Assembly (NCBI RefSeq): GCF_002571385.2
Contig: NW_019217837.1
Span: 833,714 to 897,713, forward strand
Direction: 5' to 3'
Source: Stylophora pistillata
Lineage: Eukaryota
Length of the DNA stretch: 64,000 nucleotides
Position numbers and translations under genes: made by a program. The notes beneath the pieces were generated by a model. It was not told where the DNA came from. It saw nothing but the letters and a program-made list of their open reading frames with translations, and searched no databases. Below are positions 62,856-64,000 of the stretch, in pieces. Position 1 is the first letter of the stretch; the number at the start of each line of letters is the position of its first letter.

Positions 62856-64000
62856 TGTTTAATTGCACTCCCTTGGATCACGTCCTTAGTTAAAATTCAC
62901 TGTCGACGAAAATATTAGTTTAGTCTCCTTCGCACTCAGATAAGCAATCAGCTAACAAAGCTGGGAAACGTCAAACAAAGGCATCTTTCAGCATTATGTC
63001 AAAATAGATTAAGGTTGCTATAAGTGTTCCGAAATGCACAAAGAAAAACATGCAGTTTACCCTCCATGCCAGGTTCTAAAGTGATGTCGAATGCTTGGGT
63101 GAAGACGCGACATTGAGTCGTTAAGTCATTACTTTGCTGACATTTTAATTAAAAGCATCATTGCGGCTTCTAGTTACGGTATGAATTATCTTCACGAGAT
63201 TTTCACTTCTTTGGTTGTTTTTAATTAAGGTTTTCCTTTGGAAATATACTCACCTCTGCTTTTCCTCTACAGCTGGAGCACAGCAGCTCGTAAACCAATT
63301 TCCGCTAAAGGGAAAAAAAAAAAGAGCATCCGGCGTTTAATGAACAAACAATGTGGATTTTCGTTCTGCTCGCCCTATTGACCCCAAGCTTTAGAAATGC
63401 CCACTCCACGCGTGTTTTACTTGACATATTGAATATCATTATGTTGCTTTTATCTCAATTCTTTTTTTTTTTTTGAATGACAGTAACTACGAATTTCAAC
63501 ACGATATCCTGAACATTTGACGTCAATTCACAGATCGTAGCCTCTCCAGTCATTGCTCGATTTAAAACTATTCCTTCAGGGTCTCGATATTCGGAAAAGG
63601 TGATAAACGTTAGCCAAAGGATAAATAGTTTTCCAGCGGTTTGCGTACAAGATGCGTAAAGGACGTACTGTACCGTATGGACAGAGATTTATCCAGTAGA
63701 TAGTGCTATCCACACTAATCCACACGACCGGGCCCAAATCCTTAAATTACGCCACTTTGAAGATTCTACCATAATCTCAGTCAACTTTGTCAAGCTGGCA
63801 TATTTTACTTGTACGTACCTGCAGCCAAGTTAAGGAGCCCTGTCAAGCTCTGACAAAATACCTTGTATATACCCAAAACGGAACAAGGCAGGTCAAGGAT
63901 GTAGATAATTAACACAGCATAAAACAATTTAGAAACAATTTTTCTAGATAATCAATCCGTGACCTAACAAGTTCATGTATACTTCACAAGACATAATGTA

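Overview
AT-rich, intron-rich animal genomic DNA. The repeat families and gene style suggest a cnidarian, probably a stony coral (inference). Left to right the window holds: (1) the 3' end of a BEL/Pao LTR retrotransposon on the minus strand; (2) a multi-exon adhesion GPCR on + (LamG/pentraxin-like, 3 FN3, Ca-EGF, HormR, GAIN/GPS, 7TM) with an in-frame TAA inside the GPS motif; (3) inside one of its introns, a ~4.85 kb decayed DNA transposon with a RAG1/Transib-like transposase, a convergent unknown gene, and a right end reading CACGCTG-N12-ATAAAAACT, i.e. a 12-RSS-like signal; (4) a very acidic disordered protein gene with an internal TGA; (5) a Ser-rich phospho-motif protein gene; (6) a tail-less ASF1 histone chaperone; (7) an apparently intact 32-exon paralogous adhesion GPCR on the minus strand. 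SINEs, LINE tails, MITEs and hairpin elements are scattered throughout. Exon models were built by hand from splice signals, phase compatibility and paralogue comparison. No database searches were run.
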